Source: Asterias rubens (taxonomy: Eukaryota). Taken from it: 64,000 bases of DNA. Below the pieces are notes generated by a model. That model did not search any database and had not been told where the DNA came from. It saw nothing but the letters and a program-made list of their open reading frames with translations. Positions within the stretch are counted from its first letter, which is position 1, and the number at the start of each line of letters is the position of its first letter. Shown here piece by piece: positions 49,889 through 62,338 of this stretch. Location of the stretch: contig NC_047064.1 in the NCBI RefSeq assembly GCF_902459465.1, positions 16,058,001-16,122,000 of the forward strand. Direction: 5' to 3'. Position numbers and translations under genes: made by a program.

Positions 49889-52800
49889 CTACTTTGCCGG
49901 CGGGATCAGAACTCCAGACACTTCATGAATGACGCCGTTCACGACTGTGGTATCCGTCTGGATCACTTGTTCGTTATCAACGAATACTCCTCCTGGACCG
50001 ATCAGAACCAAAATAGTCCCACCCGCCAGTGGTGCCAGCTTCTGGTTGTCGTACAGACCAGCGGCGTAGAGGGCAGCATTCACCACGTGGTACTCGAGAA
50101 CTTCTTGAAGGAAGGTCACATTGGCGAGCTTAGCCACCACGGCCTTGGGAAGCTTCTTGAAGGCGGCGTCGTTGGGAGCAAAGATCGTCAGTGGCTTGGA
50201 TGGGTCTGTTGCTAGTGCACCGGTTAGGTTTGCTTTCTGCAATGTTAAAAAAATAGTTTGCATCATGTTAGAGTCGAGAAAATAGAACTAGCTGTTGCAA
50301 GCAACGTTTTCTACACCTTTGCGTACTGGAGGGTAAATCAAAATACAGTTTTTGTTTTTATCTCCGATGCAAATAATTACACCTTATTAATAAATAATAC
50401 TGGTATAATAATTATTTGATTTGGCAAAGCATGGTGAGATGTTTCCGGTATTACCATGTGTGCATCTGCTTGCTCGGTATAGATGTTCTATAACAATATT
50501 GCCTTGCTTTATATTCTACTAACCGCGGATTGAGTAGATTTTCGGAATTCGCGAGAATTCACTCCGCTGAATAAGTGACCTCGACACTCAAGTGTAGTAG
50601 TCCCAGCTGATTTTCTACCTTCCGCCTACAGGTAGTTTAGTTCAAAAGCAGGAAAGTTCTTTTCACAACTGAAAAGTCTCAAAAATTCTGATAAATCTAC
50701 TACCGTACGCAGAAATAGAATACAAAGCAAGACAAATTTTCAAAAGAACATAGTCTACTCGGGTGTTTACCGCAAAAACAAACTTCCTCATCATGCAATG
50801 CCTCAAATCCCATAAACTGACGTTTCAAATTCCATACCGTTAGGAAACTGAAGAGAAGGCTGAATCTGGGATCCTTCTTCAGAAAGTCTGGCATGTTGAC
50901 ACCCATCGGGATGGGAAACATGACCTTATCGATGATGTGTACGATGCCGTTGCTGGCCTGGAGATCCGGGTGGATGATGGGAGCTCCGGTCGCCGTCACC
51001 GTCTGTGTTTACCGAATTAAAGACCATGGCAAAATTAAGTTAAAAGTACTGGACACTATTAATGGTAATTTTTCAAAAATAACCGTTAGTTTTATAGCAT
51101 AACAACTTACTTGGTAACGAGCAAGGGAGAGAGAGCTATTGGTAGTATACAACGTGAGAAATCAAACGTTTTTAGAAACAGCTCCCTCTGAAGTAACGTA
51201 GTTTTTGAGAAAGAAGTACATGTATATTTCTTACTCAAATATAACAAGACTTCAGGCCTGAAGCATTCCATCTGGCATTTCATCAGGCAAAAGTGTGCAA
51301 CAAGGGCTGCTTTCTTTCATTATTCTCTTGCAACTTCGACGACCGAAATGTAGTCAAAACTTTCCCAGATTTGTCATTTTATCATGCATTATGTTGGGAT
51401 ACACCAAGTGAGAATACTGGTCTTTGACAATACTAATGGTGTCCATTGCCTTTTTACGCGGGGTGAAAAATACAACACGAAAATGAGACGATGACCACGT
51501 GCGATTGTAGTCTTGGTGCAAGACGTTGTTGCTCATTAAAATACATCGGTGAAAGAATCGCAACGTGTGTAGTATCGAGTGTATGGCGGGCCTTATGGTT
51601 TTACTAACTCAACAATAACGTCTTGCACCAAGACTATAGAACAATCGTAGTACAGGACGTTTTGGGCGTAACAAAAAGGTTACTGTTAGCACCAACACCG
51701 CTCTTGTTACTAGTATACATGTACAAAGCTCTTGCATCAGGGAGATTTTTTACAACAATCACGAAGATATATGTCAAAGGATTTGGGTACCTTTTCAAAA
51801 TGTCCATAGATTTACATTAAACTTACAGGGTTTGAAGATAATGATAGTGGAAAGCTTCCCTTCAAATATCACTTACTAAGGTACTGTAGTTTTTGAGAAA
51901 TGAGTAAAACAATGTCATGAAAATACGTTTGTAAATGATAAAAGTAATGTTTGTCTCATGAGACGAACATTATTTTCATGACATTGTTTTACTCGTTTCC
52001 CAAAAACTACAGCACCTCAGCACGTAATATTTTCAGGGAAGCTTTCCACTATCATTATCTTCAAACTGTGTAAGTTTAGTGTAAATCTGTGGACATTGTG
52101 TTTTTTGGCCTACAAACGTTACATAGGTTGATTCTTTAAAAAACAAACTCCCGTGGCGACCGGAGGTCGAATTACAGGAAAAATTGTACAGAGATTAAAA
52201 ATTTGAAAAAAAATCACACTCTGTTATAAATTTAAGAAATAATTTACAATGTATAAAACAAATTGTTTTAAAAGTTGCGAAACAGTAGCCATGATTAAAA
52301 TGTTGCAGGCATAGTCAAAAAGCGCATAAAAAGCTGCATTCTATAGTATTGCAATTCAGTTGTTAAATAGGCGTGTGAGGTGAGGGAAATGGCTCTTTCT
52401 ATAGCGCTCTGTTACAAGCTCTGTGCTTGTGGATGTTTTTTTGTAGAGATAGCGAATACAACTTAGTCAACGTTTTATTGTAGGGCTTATGTTTGCTCGG
52501 TTGTAATCGCTGATAAAATAAAGTTGTAAAAGAATAAGCCGTTGCTAACAAACAAAGAGATCTGTAAATTATTGCGCTTCTCTTTCGACTAAACGCATAT
52601 CGTCGCCTGCGTCCGCCCGTCGCTGAAAAACATGAGAGGCAGATGGCGCAATCACCGAACGACGAGGAAACGAGAATAATTCAAGCCATACATTAAATTA
52701 TAATATGAATCTGTTTTGATTTTTGCGTTACCATTCAAAGTCTGATTCAGACTGTGTGGGAGCACAGAGAAGCTTTCTCTATGGTGGGAGGGTCGAAATA

Positions 52801-54855
52801 GAAAACAGAGACCTGGAGTTTGGCCGTCGGGCCTTACTTGCCCATAGCCTCAGTTGGTTGTAAACCTCACAGAAATTTTCCGTGGGTTCACCTTTCCATT
52901 GGTTCACTTTTAATCTAGAAGTCTCAAGTTAAAGGAACACGTTGCCCTGGATCGGTCGAGATGGTCTTTGAAAAGCGTTTGTAACCGTTTGGTACAAAAT
53001 GCATATTGGTAGAAAGATGTTGTAAAAGTAGAATACAATGATCCACACAAACATGCCTCTAAATTGCACTGGAAGTTTCCTTTTACCTCGTCGACTAATG
53101 GGAGTCAAATTGTTGACTCCCATGGCCGACCGTGTTAGTTCGCACAATAAAAGGATAAGTACGCAATTTCGAGGCAAATTTGTGTGGATCATTGTATTCT
53201 ACTTTTAAAACATCTTTCCAACCATATCCATTTTATAAAAAAACGGTTACAAACGCTTTTTATATACCAACTCGTCCGACTAATGTAGCTCAAATCTCTT
53301 GTGACACAACCATAAATGACACTCATGAATAGTGATAAACATATAACAATCACACAGTGAAATCATCTTTGTATACCCTACTCCACAGGAGTGCCCAAGA
53401 TGATGTGCGAATGTCACCGTGTTCAGAATCATATGAACGAACTTCCCGTGGCATTCAAATTGAAATGTGACAAAGCAATTATTGTGACTGCATGGCTCAT
53501 TTAAAATTCAATCTCTACAGAAATATTTCGATTGATTATTCACACAGATGCTCTAAAACCACAGCCAATTTCACCATGGTTTCTCCAAAATAACAAAGAA
53601 CGAAACTGTAAGCCGAGTGATGATCGGGCAAGAGACCTTCGATATACCGCCCATAAGTTCCATCTCAGCCCCCTTTGACAGTCGATGAGATCATCCGATC
53701 ATCCGAACAAAACAACTAGAAAAGGAGTCAGACCCTCAAAGAAGTAAATATAGAAGGACATTAATTTATCAGGACTATACCATACAAAAGTAATCCCTCC
53801 CGGTCCCGATGCCACCCTCGCTCGGCTTCCAGTGGAGAATGGATTAAAAAGGATTATCCGTAAACTGAAATTTTGACAAACAAATCAGTAACCTCCTCTT
53901 TGCGAGAGTACTTCTCTATAATACCCTCGATCTCCTTAATTCGTTCCGGCCTGAAGAATGGATCTACCATGGAGGAATCCTCCATGGATCTACCGAGGCT
54001 ACATATTTATTACAGTATTAAAGTATTACTTAGTGCTACCTACTGAGCCCAGTATTTAGAAGAAAAACTATTGTCGGTTTCTCTATGGTCTACCATTGTC
54101 ACTCCTCAAGCGAGGTGGTGTTAAGCCCACAATGCGAAAAAAGGGGACGGATTTCCTCTTTTGATTTCTAACAACTCATAAAGGTCCTTGGGCGAGATAA
54201 ACCTCGCCAGTTCGCGAATCACTCACTGTGTGGTCATTATTTATTCCCCAACAAAGATGTAAAACAGCTCTTTCTTTATAATGTTGAACTCCTTTTGATA
54301 CAAGCTTAATCCGGACAACAAGCAAGCTGACCCCACCCCCCCCCCCCCCTTTGCGCTGACGCGATGTGGCCTACATTTTCTCTACCTCCGTTCTCTTCTT
54401 ACCTGAACTGAATTAAGTTCCCCTTCCGAGTTGGGTAAAGTGTAAAAGTTGATCCGGATAAACTGAGGAGGGAGTGACGAACCGCCCATAGGACTCGGGA
54501 ACACGCTGGTAAGTAGCAAATTATTTCGTAGATCTTTACTGGTCGTCAGGCCGAGAGAAACATGGTACTCGATCCCAAATCGCAGCCCGTCTGTGCTGTT
54601 GATAAACTCTTTGAAAGCCGCCGGGCTTGAGGCGTATGCGCTGTCTGTGAACGCGAACACGGTGAGGCCATTGGATTGTGCACTGGACTCCAGAAGCTTT
54701 TTCAAATACGGACTCTTCCGGGCGAGGGCAGAAAACTCCTTTGCGCCGTTAGCCTCAGCGATGTCCAGGACATCATTCTTGCCAGAAGTCTTCACAGGGA
54801 AGACGACAGCCGCGATCACAAGGACCATGAGAATGGGTAGTGTTGATGAAGCCAT
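49889..54855 (-). CDS. Secreted two-domain fasciclin (FAS1; TGFBI/periostin-like) protein, isoform with first exon A
   Basis: Exons 54855-54403, 51002-50838, 50236-49889, all phase 0, 321 aa. Signal peptide MASSTLPILMVLVIAAVVFP. FAS1 motifs LTVFAFTDSAY / EYHV / ASNGIVHIIDKV and LTIFAPNDAAF / LEYHVV / VVNGVIHEVSGV. Confidence 0.9.
51040..51455. mobile_element. TTAA MITE family A, diverged
   Basis: Family A body and termini. Confidence 0.75.
51776..52130. mobile_element. TTAA MITE family D (internally palindromic)
   Basis: AAGATAATGATAGTGGAAAGCTTCCC / GGGAAGCTTTCCACTATCATTATCTT arms. Confidence 0.7.
52929..53280. mobile_element. TTAA MITE family C, right end truncated
   Basis: TTAAAGGAACACGTTGCCCTGGATCGG left end. 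Confidence 0.78.
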
Positions 54856-54893
54856 TTTGGACGAGTATGTAATGCCTAGTCGTATTTTCCGCC

Positions 54894-54900
54894 TTATATA
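54894..54900 (-). promoter_or_regulatory. TATA box of FAS1 exon A
   Basis: TATATAAGG on the minus strand about 40 nt upstream of the ATG at 54855. Confidence 0.55.
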
Positions 54901-55258
54901 GGGAGGTTTATGTAAACTGTACTATGTCGAGTACATGTACTTGAACATGAATGTATGAATTACATGTACAATGATATGGTACTCGCAACATGCAGTGGAA
55001 CCAGACCAGACTATATAATGCACAACCAAAAAGCTGCAATCGGAAGCACGTGCCTTTTATTATTGATAATGCCCCTATTGTAAATATTTTACGTAAGGAT
55101 ATCGGTTGCCCCGTGGTTGCCCTATGTCATAACCAATAATTTCTAAAGCTAACTGCAAACATGCTATTAAAGGCACTGGTCACTTTGGTAATTACTCAAT
55201 GTTGGTTGCAGGCCTGGTTGTTTGCTAGCCCACCTTGTTGGGCTGTTATGTCTCTCCT

Positions 55259-55680
55259 TTAAATGCAGTGTCGACACTATTGGTAATTTATACTAACAAA
55301 TAATTGTTAGCATAAAAACTTACTTGGGTAACGAGCAATTGAGAGTTGTTGATAGCATAACTCATTGGGAGAACGGCTCCCTCCGAAGTAACGTAATTTT
55401 TTAGAAATAGGTAATTTCTCACTCAAATAATAACAGATGGCCTACCTAAGCTGGAACCTTTTTTGTAATGCACCTGAAACTGAACGTACACAAAGTAATG
55501 CAACAAGGGTGTATTTTCTTTCATTAATCTCTTGCAAATTCGATGATCAATTAGCGAGTCAAAATGTTCACAGGTTTGTTGTTTTATGCATATAGGGCAA
55601 GTGTTGGGATACACCCAGTGGGAAAACTGGTCTTTGACAAATTGACAAAAACCAAAGGTCCCCAGTCCCAGTGCCTTTAA
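55259..55680. mobile_element. TTAA MITE family A, diverged
   Basis: Family A body; a short extra left end at about 55166-55200. Confidence 0.75.
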
Positions 55681-57599
55681 GTCGATGGTCAAAGGTCGTG
55701 TTGTGCTTGGGAGCCCAAAACATACTATACTAGTAGGACTACAGCTCACTATCGCACAGTGTGCGCGTGACTTAAGATTATCAAAAGTTACATTATTGCA
55801 TGGGATAATATGGATAATTTAATCTAGTGTGTACAAGTAAATTTACCTCTTCCATCCCAGGGTCTCGTGACAAAGTGCACGTGATGGGAAACTTTACGTT
55901 GTGCATCATAATTTTCAGGCACTGGTGAATCCGGCAGTTTTTTGGTTCAAATCCCGGTTAAAATCATGGTTAACAAAAAATAACAGCTGAATCAGTATTG
56001 GGATGTAGGCACTTTCTTTAGGCCTATTTTAAAAGTTTATATAAAAATCGGACAGTGCAATCTCCATGAAAAACAAGATTTAATGTTTCTCTTCAATTGA
56101 GCATTGTCCACTGAAATCGTCCCTGCATGGAAGTCGGTGTGATAATTTTTGTTTAGGCATAGAGCTCTATGGTTTATGTTACTTGAGATGATCCAACATT
56201 ACTTCATTATACACGTTCCGTCCCAGAATTGTATAGAACTGTCCCATCCCAACTGTAGAACTGTCCCAATAGTCGGGACCCAATCCCAACTTCAAACCCA
56301 ACAAAGTTGGGACGGCCCAAGTATATCTGGGATTAAGTGATAGTGTAATAATCACAGCAACAACCATGGCGGGCCTTTTCATTAATTTTTGATCTTTTCT
56401 AGTTTCGCTTGACACAGCCTTTTACCAAGGCTTTCGTGGTTTGGACAGGTTTGTGGAGCCGCGATCCCGAGCAACTGGAAGTAGACCAATTTATTGCAAA
56501 ATGCCCGCTTGATTTGTTTTTTTAGATTGGGGTTCGCACGTTCGAGAATTATCTTGAGAACAAAAAAATGTTACAAGAATCCACGTGTCCCTTTTCTATG
56601 ATTTAAATACCGTCCACGTTTCTGCAGCTACCATTGTGCTGTGACCCCACACACATGGACACTGGTCCGGCGGTCCGACCCTGTCTTAGTGCAATGTTCT
56701 TGTTAAAACCATAGCCATACGCAATGTGCACTCACTCCGTTCAACGCTACCTACCACACGTCGCGACTATTCCAAGGGAAAATGAGTACAAATTGCTATA
56801 AATAGACGATGTGACCTGTGACATCACATGACTTATTGTTTACAAAAGAGACACAGACCCTGGACTTCGCGCAGGCATGCTTTGTATACAGCTCAATGGA
56901 AGAAAACATAAAATCTTATATTTTATGGAGATTGCACTGTCTAATTCTTAACAACTTTTGATATGATGAAAAGGGGAACATCTCAAAACTTGACCAGCTT
57001 TTACTTCACAACTCTTGGTTTTATGTGGAAATTATGACACAAAATGTCAACTTTCCCATAGGACCAGTGTACGTAGTATCTTGACTGCCAGAATACTAAA
57101 AGAATGTACAGGGTCACACTTATTGTAAACAAAGTTCACATGGTCTATAGAAACTACCACATTGTATAATAGGCCAATAAGGAAACCATGTTTTCAACTT
57201 GGACGGGGGAAAAAATCACCAGGTTTCTTCACGTGTGGAATTCGTGTTTGTAATTGTTACGGTTTCTACCATTGGAACTGGTGTGTGTAGAATCCACGTT
57301 TGTAGTTCTTTCATAATTTTCAAGTTCTGTAACAATTGTTGATATATACCATGCTAAACATACTCATCAAAGCAAAATATCAATTTTATCGACATTTAAA
57401 TTTGACAATGAGATGTCTTTGTATGCCTGATTGAACCGTATAAAAAAAAATGTATTCCTCCATGATTTAATCAGATGAAGGGTGGGTTTATGGGGGGGGG
57501 GCTTTCCAGGGTCAAATGACAACGTTTCTGACGTACACCAGTCTCACATTCCCATGAAGCTCAACTAAAAATTTAAGCTGTATTTGAAAACTGTCTTTT

Positions 57600-57778
57600 T
57601 TCAAAGGCACTGGGCACTTTTGGAAATTAAAGCACATAAAAACAACTTGGTGTTTTTCTTTCATTATGCTCTCCTTGCAACTTCGATGATCAATTGAGTT
57701 CAAATTTTCACAGGTTCATAGTATGCATAATTTGTTGGGATACATACTGGTCTTACCAAAGGTATACAGTGCCTTTAA
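57600..57778. mobile_element. TTAA MITE family A, short derivative
   Basis: AAAGGCACTGGGCAC ... CAGTGCCTTTAA. Confidence 0.65.
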
Positions 57779-57832
57779 GCTGTGATTTAAGTAATTTAAA
57801 CACTATATATTTTTTTTTATGAATCTAATCAC

Positions 57833-58309
57833 CTTTCCAAAACGGTTAGTCAAGTTTGCCTTTTCATCATATTCAACATCGTAGACATTGAACCTGATGG
57901 TCAGGACAGGTTCCGGTAAGTCCTCCATCTTCCCAGGTGGGCGGAATGCACTTGGGATCCTCAAATTGTTGTTAATCTCCTTCGTATAAACCTCAGAGAG
58001 ACCAATGTGGTACCGTAAATACCACTCCAAGACCTGTGGGTCCCGCAGGGCGATCTTGACGGCTTTGGGTAGCCTGTCGAACGCACGGTCGGTCGGGGCT
58101 AGGGCCATGTACCCCGTTGACGACAGGTTCCCAAGGGTCTGGTTCACCCATGGTATGGATCGAGCGTACTTGGCGAATGTCAAAGCTCCTGCGTTCTGGC
58201 ACACCTGAAGGATGTCATCGTTATGCACAGCGATGTTGACATCGTTACTCAGCCGTGAACTACAGCCGAAGGCAGAGAGGAACCAAACCAGTAATTTCGA
58301 GAAAAACAT
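57833..58309 (-). CDS. Second FAS1 first exon (exon B: signal peptide plus most of FAS1 domain 1); probably splices to 51002-50838 and 50236-49889 (329 aa)
   Basis: Open 159-codon exon MFFSKLLVWFLSAFGCSS..YMALAPTDRAF..LRYHIG..IRFNVY..RFGK, ending at a phase-0 GT donor (AAG|GTGATT). No downstream exon of its own was seen in 54856-57832. Confidence 0.8.
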
Positions 58310-58789
58310 TTTGCACAAAAGTTGATTTTTGTGTACTGTTTACGGTGTATGTAGCACACAAAATGACTCGAGGTCTATGATTCTGACCTTAAATTTTCAC
58401 ATTGAAACATAAACTATTCGTTTCCTGTACGTGTGATATCTGATAGTTCCTGTTCCAACACTGGTTTCATTGTCTATCTTAACCTTTGGTAGACTCCAAA
58501 GTCGGCTTTCAGTTTCCCTCATTCTCGAAGCAAAACACTTTATTTTGCAATAGCGCCCTCTCTTCAATAATTCAGGTTGCATACGAGGAGTGAAGGCCTA
58601 CATGCTGATGTAATTTTTAAAATAATATTAAGAGACCATCCCTTATCGTACTACCTAGATTAGAAGAAAAGAAAATACATTTTGGAGATTTAATTTTATG
58701 ATCATTATTAATTTTATGAAATTTAATGATCATACTGACCTTATGATATTGAAGGACAACGCTGATGCGATGGGACATCCATTCTCAAA

Positions 58790-58975
58790 CTAAAATGAGC
58801 CGTACTTAAGCAGCATGCATGCATCAAAAAAGTCCAGCTTTCTCCATAAGACGATCAGAGCATAAACTGATCGAAACGTCGAGTTAAACCATTGGTTCTT
58901 TTCAGAACCACACCCCCCCCCCCCAACTAATTAGAGATAGTCATTACATGGTGTTACCGCAAACATTTTCATATA
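58790..58975 (+). mobile_element. Penelope-like remnant with a decayed minimal hammerhead ribozyme
   Basis: CTC-CATAAGA-C-GATCAG-AGCATAAA-CTGATC-GAAA-CGTC-GAG at 58842-58883. Confidence 0.62.
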
Positions 58976-60724
58976 TAAAATGAGCCGGTGTTACAATTGA
59001 ATGGTTGTTTTGCTGTAATTGACTTTGAAAACCTATTTTTAATAAATGGAAATTTGCATCGGGGATAAAGAATATTATTTTTTGGTTTTACCCATACATA
59101 CATCGATATGAGTTATTGAGCTGTACTTTCACGAGTTCAGTACTTTCCCGAGTTCTGTGCAAAAAAAAATAACAGGCATTATTACTCGGGTGGGATTCGA
59201 ACTCCTTTGCAACAAACCCGTTAGTATTCGTAATTCAATGTTGAATATGAAGTCCGTAGGCCTATGCAATTCTGTATCCTTTTATAGCTTCATGCGACGA
59301 TTGGTTGTTGAGAAACTACTTTATTTATATAAAGGGCTTTGATATGATGTAAGCTAATCTTTGTATAAGCGCCTTAAATTTGGAGATAAATCTGTCCAAA
59401 CTTGGGAAGTCATCCTAAAAAAAGAGTTAACACCCCAAAATAAAAAAAACTCCACTATTACATTTACATATTGTACGTTTTGTCAGCAAGCACAGAAGAC
59501 AAGTAAAGCACTATTATCCTAAGGCTTATACCCTTAGTCAATTTACTACATTGTATACTTCACCCGAAATCCCTTCAGAATATTGCGCTCAATAAAGCCT
59601 CTGTGTGTTTGTAATCCTCCAACCGGAGACGAACGTGTTCACGTCCAGCTAGCTGCGGGCACGCCAGAAACGCGAATGATTTGAATTATGCGCCCTCTTT
59701 GTTCAAAGTGGTGCGAATAGCTTCGATGTGCGCTTTATTTGTATCAAAATGGGGGGGGGGGGAGGCATTGAAGGAATATTTGAGATTGTTGTATGAGCTA
59801 TGGATACATCCCTTTGGACTTCCTTGAGTGATAATTCCCTTTTAGATGGGTGTGCACACGTGTGGGCCTAAAATGGACATGGGAGCTACCTAGTGAAGCT
59901 GAAGAGCAAGGGGGGCAGTGGTTTGGGATACGCGGGATACGAAGTGCGCCCGCACCGCATTGCGTACAATCATGGAGCAATGAACCAAACTGTGTCAAAA
60001 CAAACGGCACAACATGGCATGATGTGAATCGTGTTCTCACACAACCGATGATAATTTGTTTACGTTTTGCAGTTGATAATTAACCCAATGATCCCTTGAC
60101 TGGGATAGTAACGTGTTTTGACGTCGTCCCACGCACAAAGACGGCAATCAGAGCAGTGCAAAAACGGTGTTTTGTAAAGTGTATACAGACCAGTGTTTTG
60201 TTTAGTTTTGTGGTTCTCAAACTATTGTGCCTGAATGCTGAGCTGAACGGGTTTGCTAACCTTTTGGTAAAACAGTAATTGCACAGCTTACAAAAAGTTA
60301 CCCTATGTGATGGGCAATTGAACGACACCATTGTCCTACCTCCCGTAACAATTTCTGAGTGAAATCCCGGTTTGGAGGGGTCGTTGTGCTCAAACAACCA
60401 CCCTACCCCAACCATACTCCCCAAACAAAACAAACAAACCCCAAAACGAAAAATTAGAAAACATAACAGAAACACATAAACAAAAGTAATGTGTCAACAA
60501 AAGTAATTTTATAAGAAATGTTTTCTTTGGGTGCCCCCCGATCCAAAACCAATAATAATTATTCTTAAGGTTTTTGTACTTTTTGTACTTTTCAAGAGAG
60601 CACAATGAAGAAACCTAAAACTGCACGCAAATAATTATAGAGTTCTCACAAATAAAACACCTAGATACCAGAAAAAAAATTGTTCTGGAGATGGAGTCTG
60701 TATTAGAACTGCATTTAAATAATA

Positions 60725-61110
60725 CAAAGGAAGTGGGACACTATTGGTAATTATTCAAAATAATCATAAGCATAAACCTTTTACTTGGTAACGAGTAATG
60801 GGGAGCTGTTGATAGTATAAAATGTTGTGAGAAACAGCTCCCTCTGAAGTGACATAATTTTCGAGAAAGAAGTAATTTTCCGCGAATTTGCTTTGGAGAC
60901 CTCAGACTTAGATTTGAGGTCTCGAATTAAAGCATCTGAAAGCACACAACTTCGTGTGACAAGGGTGTTTTTTCTTTCATCTCGCAACTTCGACGACCAA
61001 ATTGTACTGAAATTTCCACAGGTTTGTTATTTTATGCATAATTATTATGTTGAGATACACCAAGTGAGAAGACTGGTCTTTGACAATTACCAAAAGTGTC
61101 CGGTGTTTTT
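60725..61110. mobile_element. TTAA MITE family A
   Basis: Family A body; termini degenerate. Confidence 0.8.
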
Positions 61111-62255
61111 ATTTTTAAAGTTTTCAAACAGCTGATTTACTTATGTTTTTTTTTGTATTGTTAATTCACAGAAATCCCCCGGTCTGCTGCACCTCGCAGA
61201 GGAGCCATTCGTGTACATTGAAGACAAAAAGTTGCTGTCCACGACTATCATAACACAGTCAGACACAGAAGCATGCCCAATTTCCAAAGAGGCAATTGGC
61301 AAACTCTTTTAGCAAAGCATGATGGGTATGCAGCAATACACTGTTGAGCGGGTTTGTGTACACCACCGCATATGTAACGGGCTTTCATACATGCTCAGTT
61401 TGCAACAAGTGCAATAGGGGACAATAAGCCATCCACAGTGTGTGTGATCCCTTATTGACAACAGCACCCCTGTTTAGTGCGGTGGTGAACGAAGCTCTTT
61501 CCGTCGAGGCTATTAAAATACAGTGTATTTAAGCCCAAATAAAAGGTGGATTGTCGTACAATCTCTGATTTTTGACAACGCTACGCCGGACTTGGAAACA
61601 GAGAGGAAATTTACCGTCATCACACGGCCACTAAGAGGCAGTTTGGGTCAGTGCCTACAGCTTTTTGTCATTGTTTTAATGAACTCCATGGCTGACGATA
61701 TCGACAGCACTTCTTCCCAGACATTCAGTGGACAGCAAACTAAAGGAACGCAACATAACAAGAGCTTGTGCTGACAGTGGCAGTGTGCTATCCATGCCGG
61801 TACCTCACTGAAAAGTGATTTGTGATTTATCTTCAGCAGCAGTGTGAAGTAACTCATATCCAAGTACAACGGTGAAGTCTGACGAACTGCTTTTAGGGAG
61901 CTATTCCCGGACCGTCGACCACACAACAGCGAAGGCACGGTTGCCGGGGCTGAACTCGTCATTTTACGGGGGACGCAAGACACTTCCACAAGGGGTCTCT
62001 TGGGTTGTCGCTCGGTACTACTTAGGGCATGTTCCTGCACCCCTAGTTTGACCGAGAGAGGCCGCGAAAATTGAACTTTAGAATATAGAGAGTCTTATCA
62101 TCAACGCACGTCAGGTTTTTGTTGAAGCTCTGACATTATCTTTGGTAGTTTGCGTACGACTACAATCGACGGATGGTGTTGTGGACTTTCGTACCCTTCA
62201 TATAACTTATAAACTATCTCAACACCGAGAGGGAATTGTTTTTAACCTAACCACA

Positions 62256-62338
62256 ATGGAGTTAAAAGGAATGAGACCCGGACAATTAGCGTTGATATTT
62301 CTTGCCTGTGTTGTGTTGGATTTTGTTTATGCAAATGA
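62256..62338 (+). CDS. Probable first exon of a secreted or membrane protein (signal peptide only)
   Basis: MELKGMRPGQLALIFLACVVLDFVYAN, good start context (acaATGg) and a GTAAGT donor at 62339. No next exon in the window. Confidence 0.45.

Noticed and set aside
54403-54790. Exon B splicing into exon A to make a three-domain FAS1 protein
   Set aside because: An in-frame AG exists after the signal peptide of A, but this join would leave domain 1 of B without its H2 strands; judged unlikely though not excluded.
59800-60475. Possible His-Me finger/HNH or LINE-derived coding remnant (HRIAY, KLC..NP motifs)
   Set aside because: Motif fragments lie on opposite strands and in broken frames; cannot be supported without a profile search.
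61172-62040. Possible exon or transposase remnant after a strong acceptor at 61171 (VAVHDYHN resembles piggyBac VxDYN)
   Set aside because: Stops in all frames and only a very short motif match.
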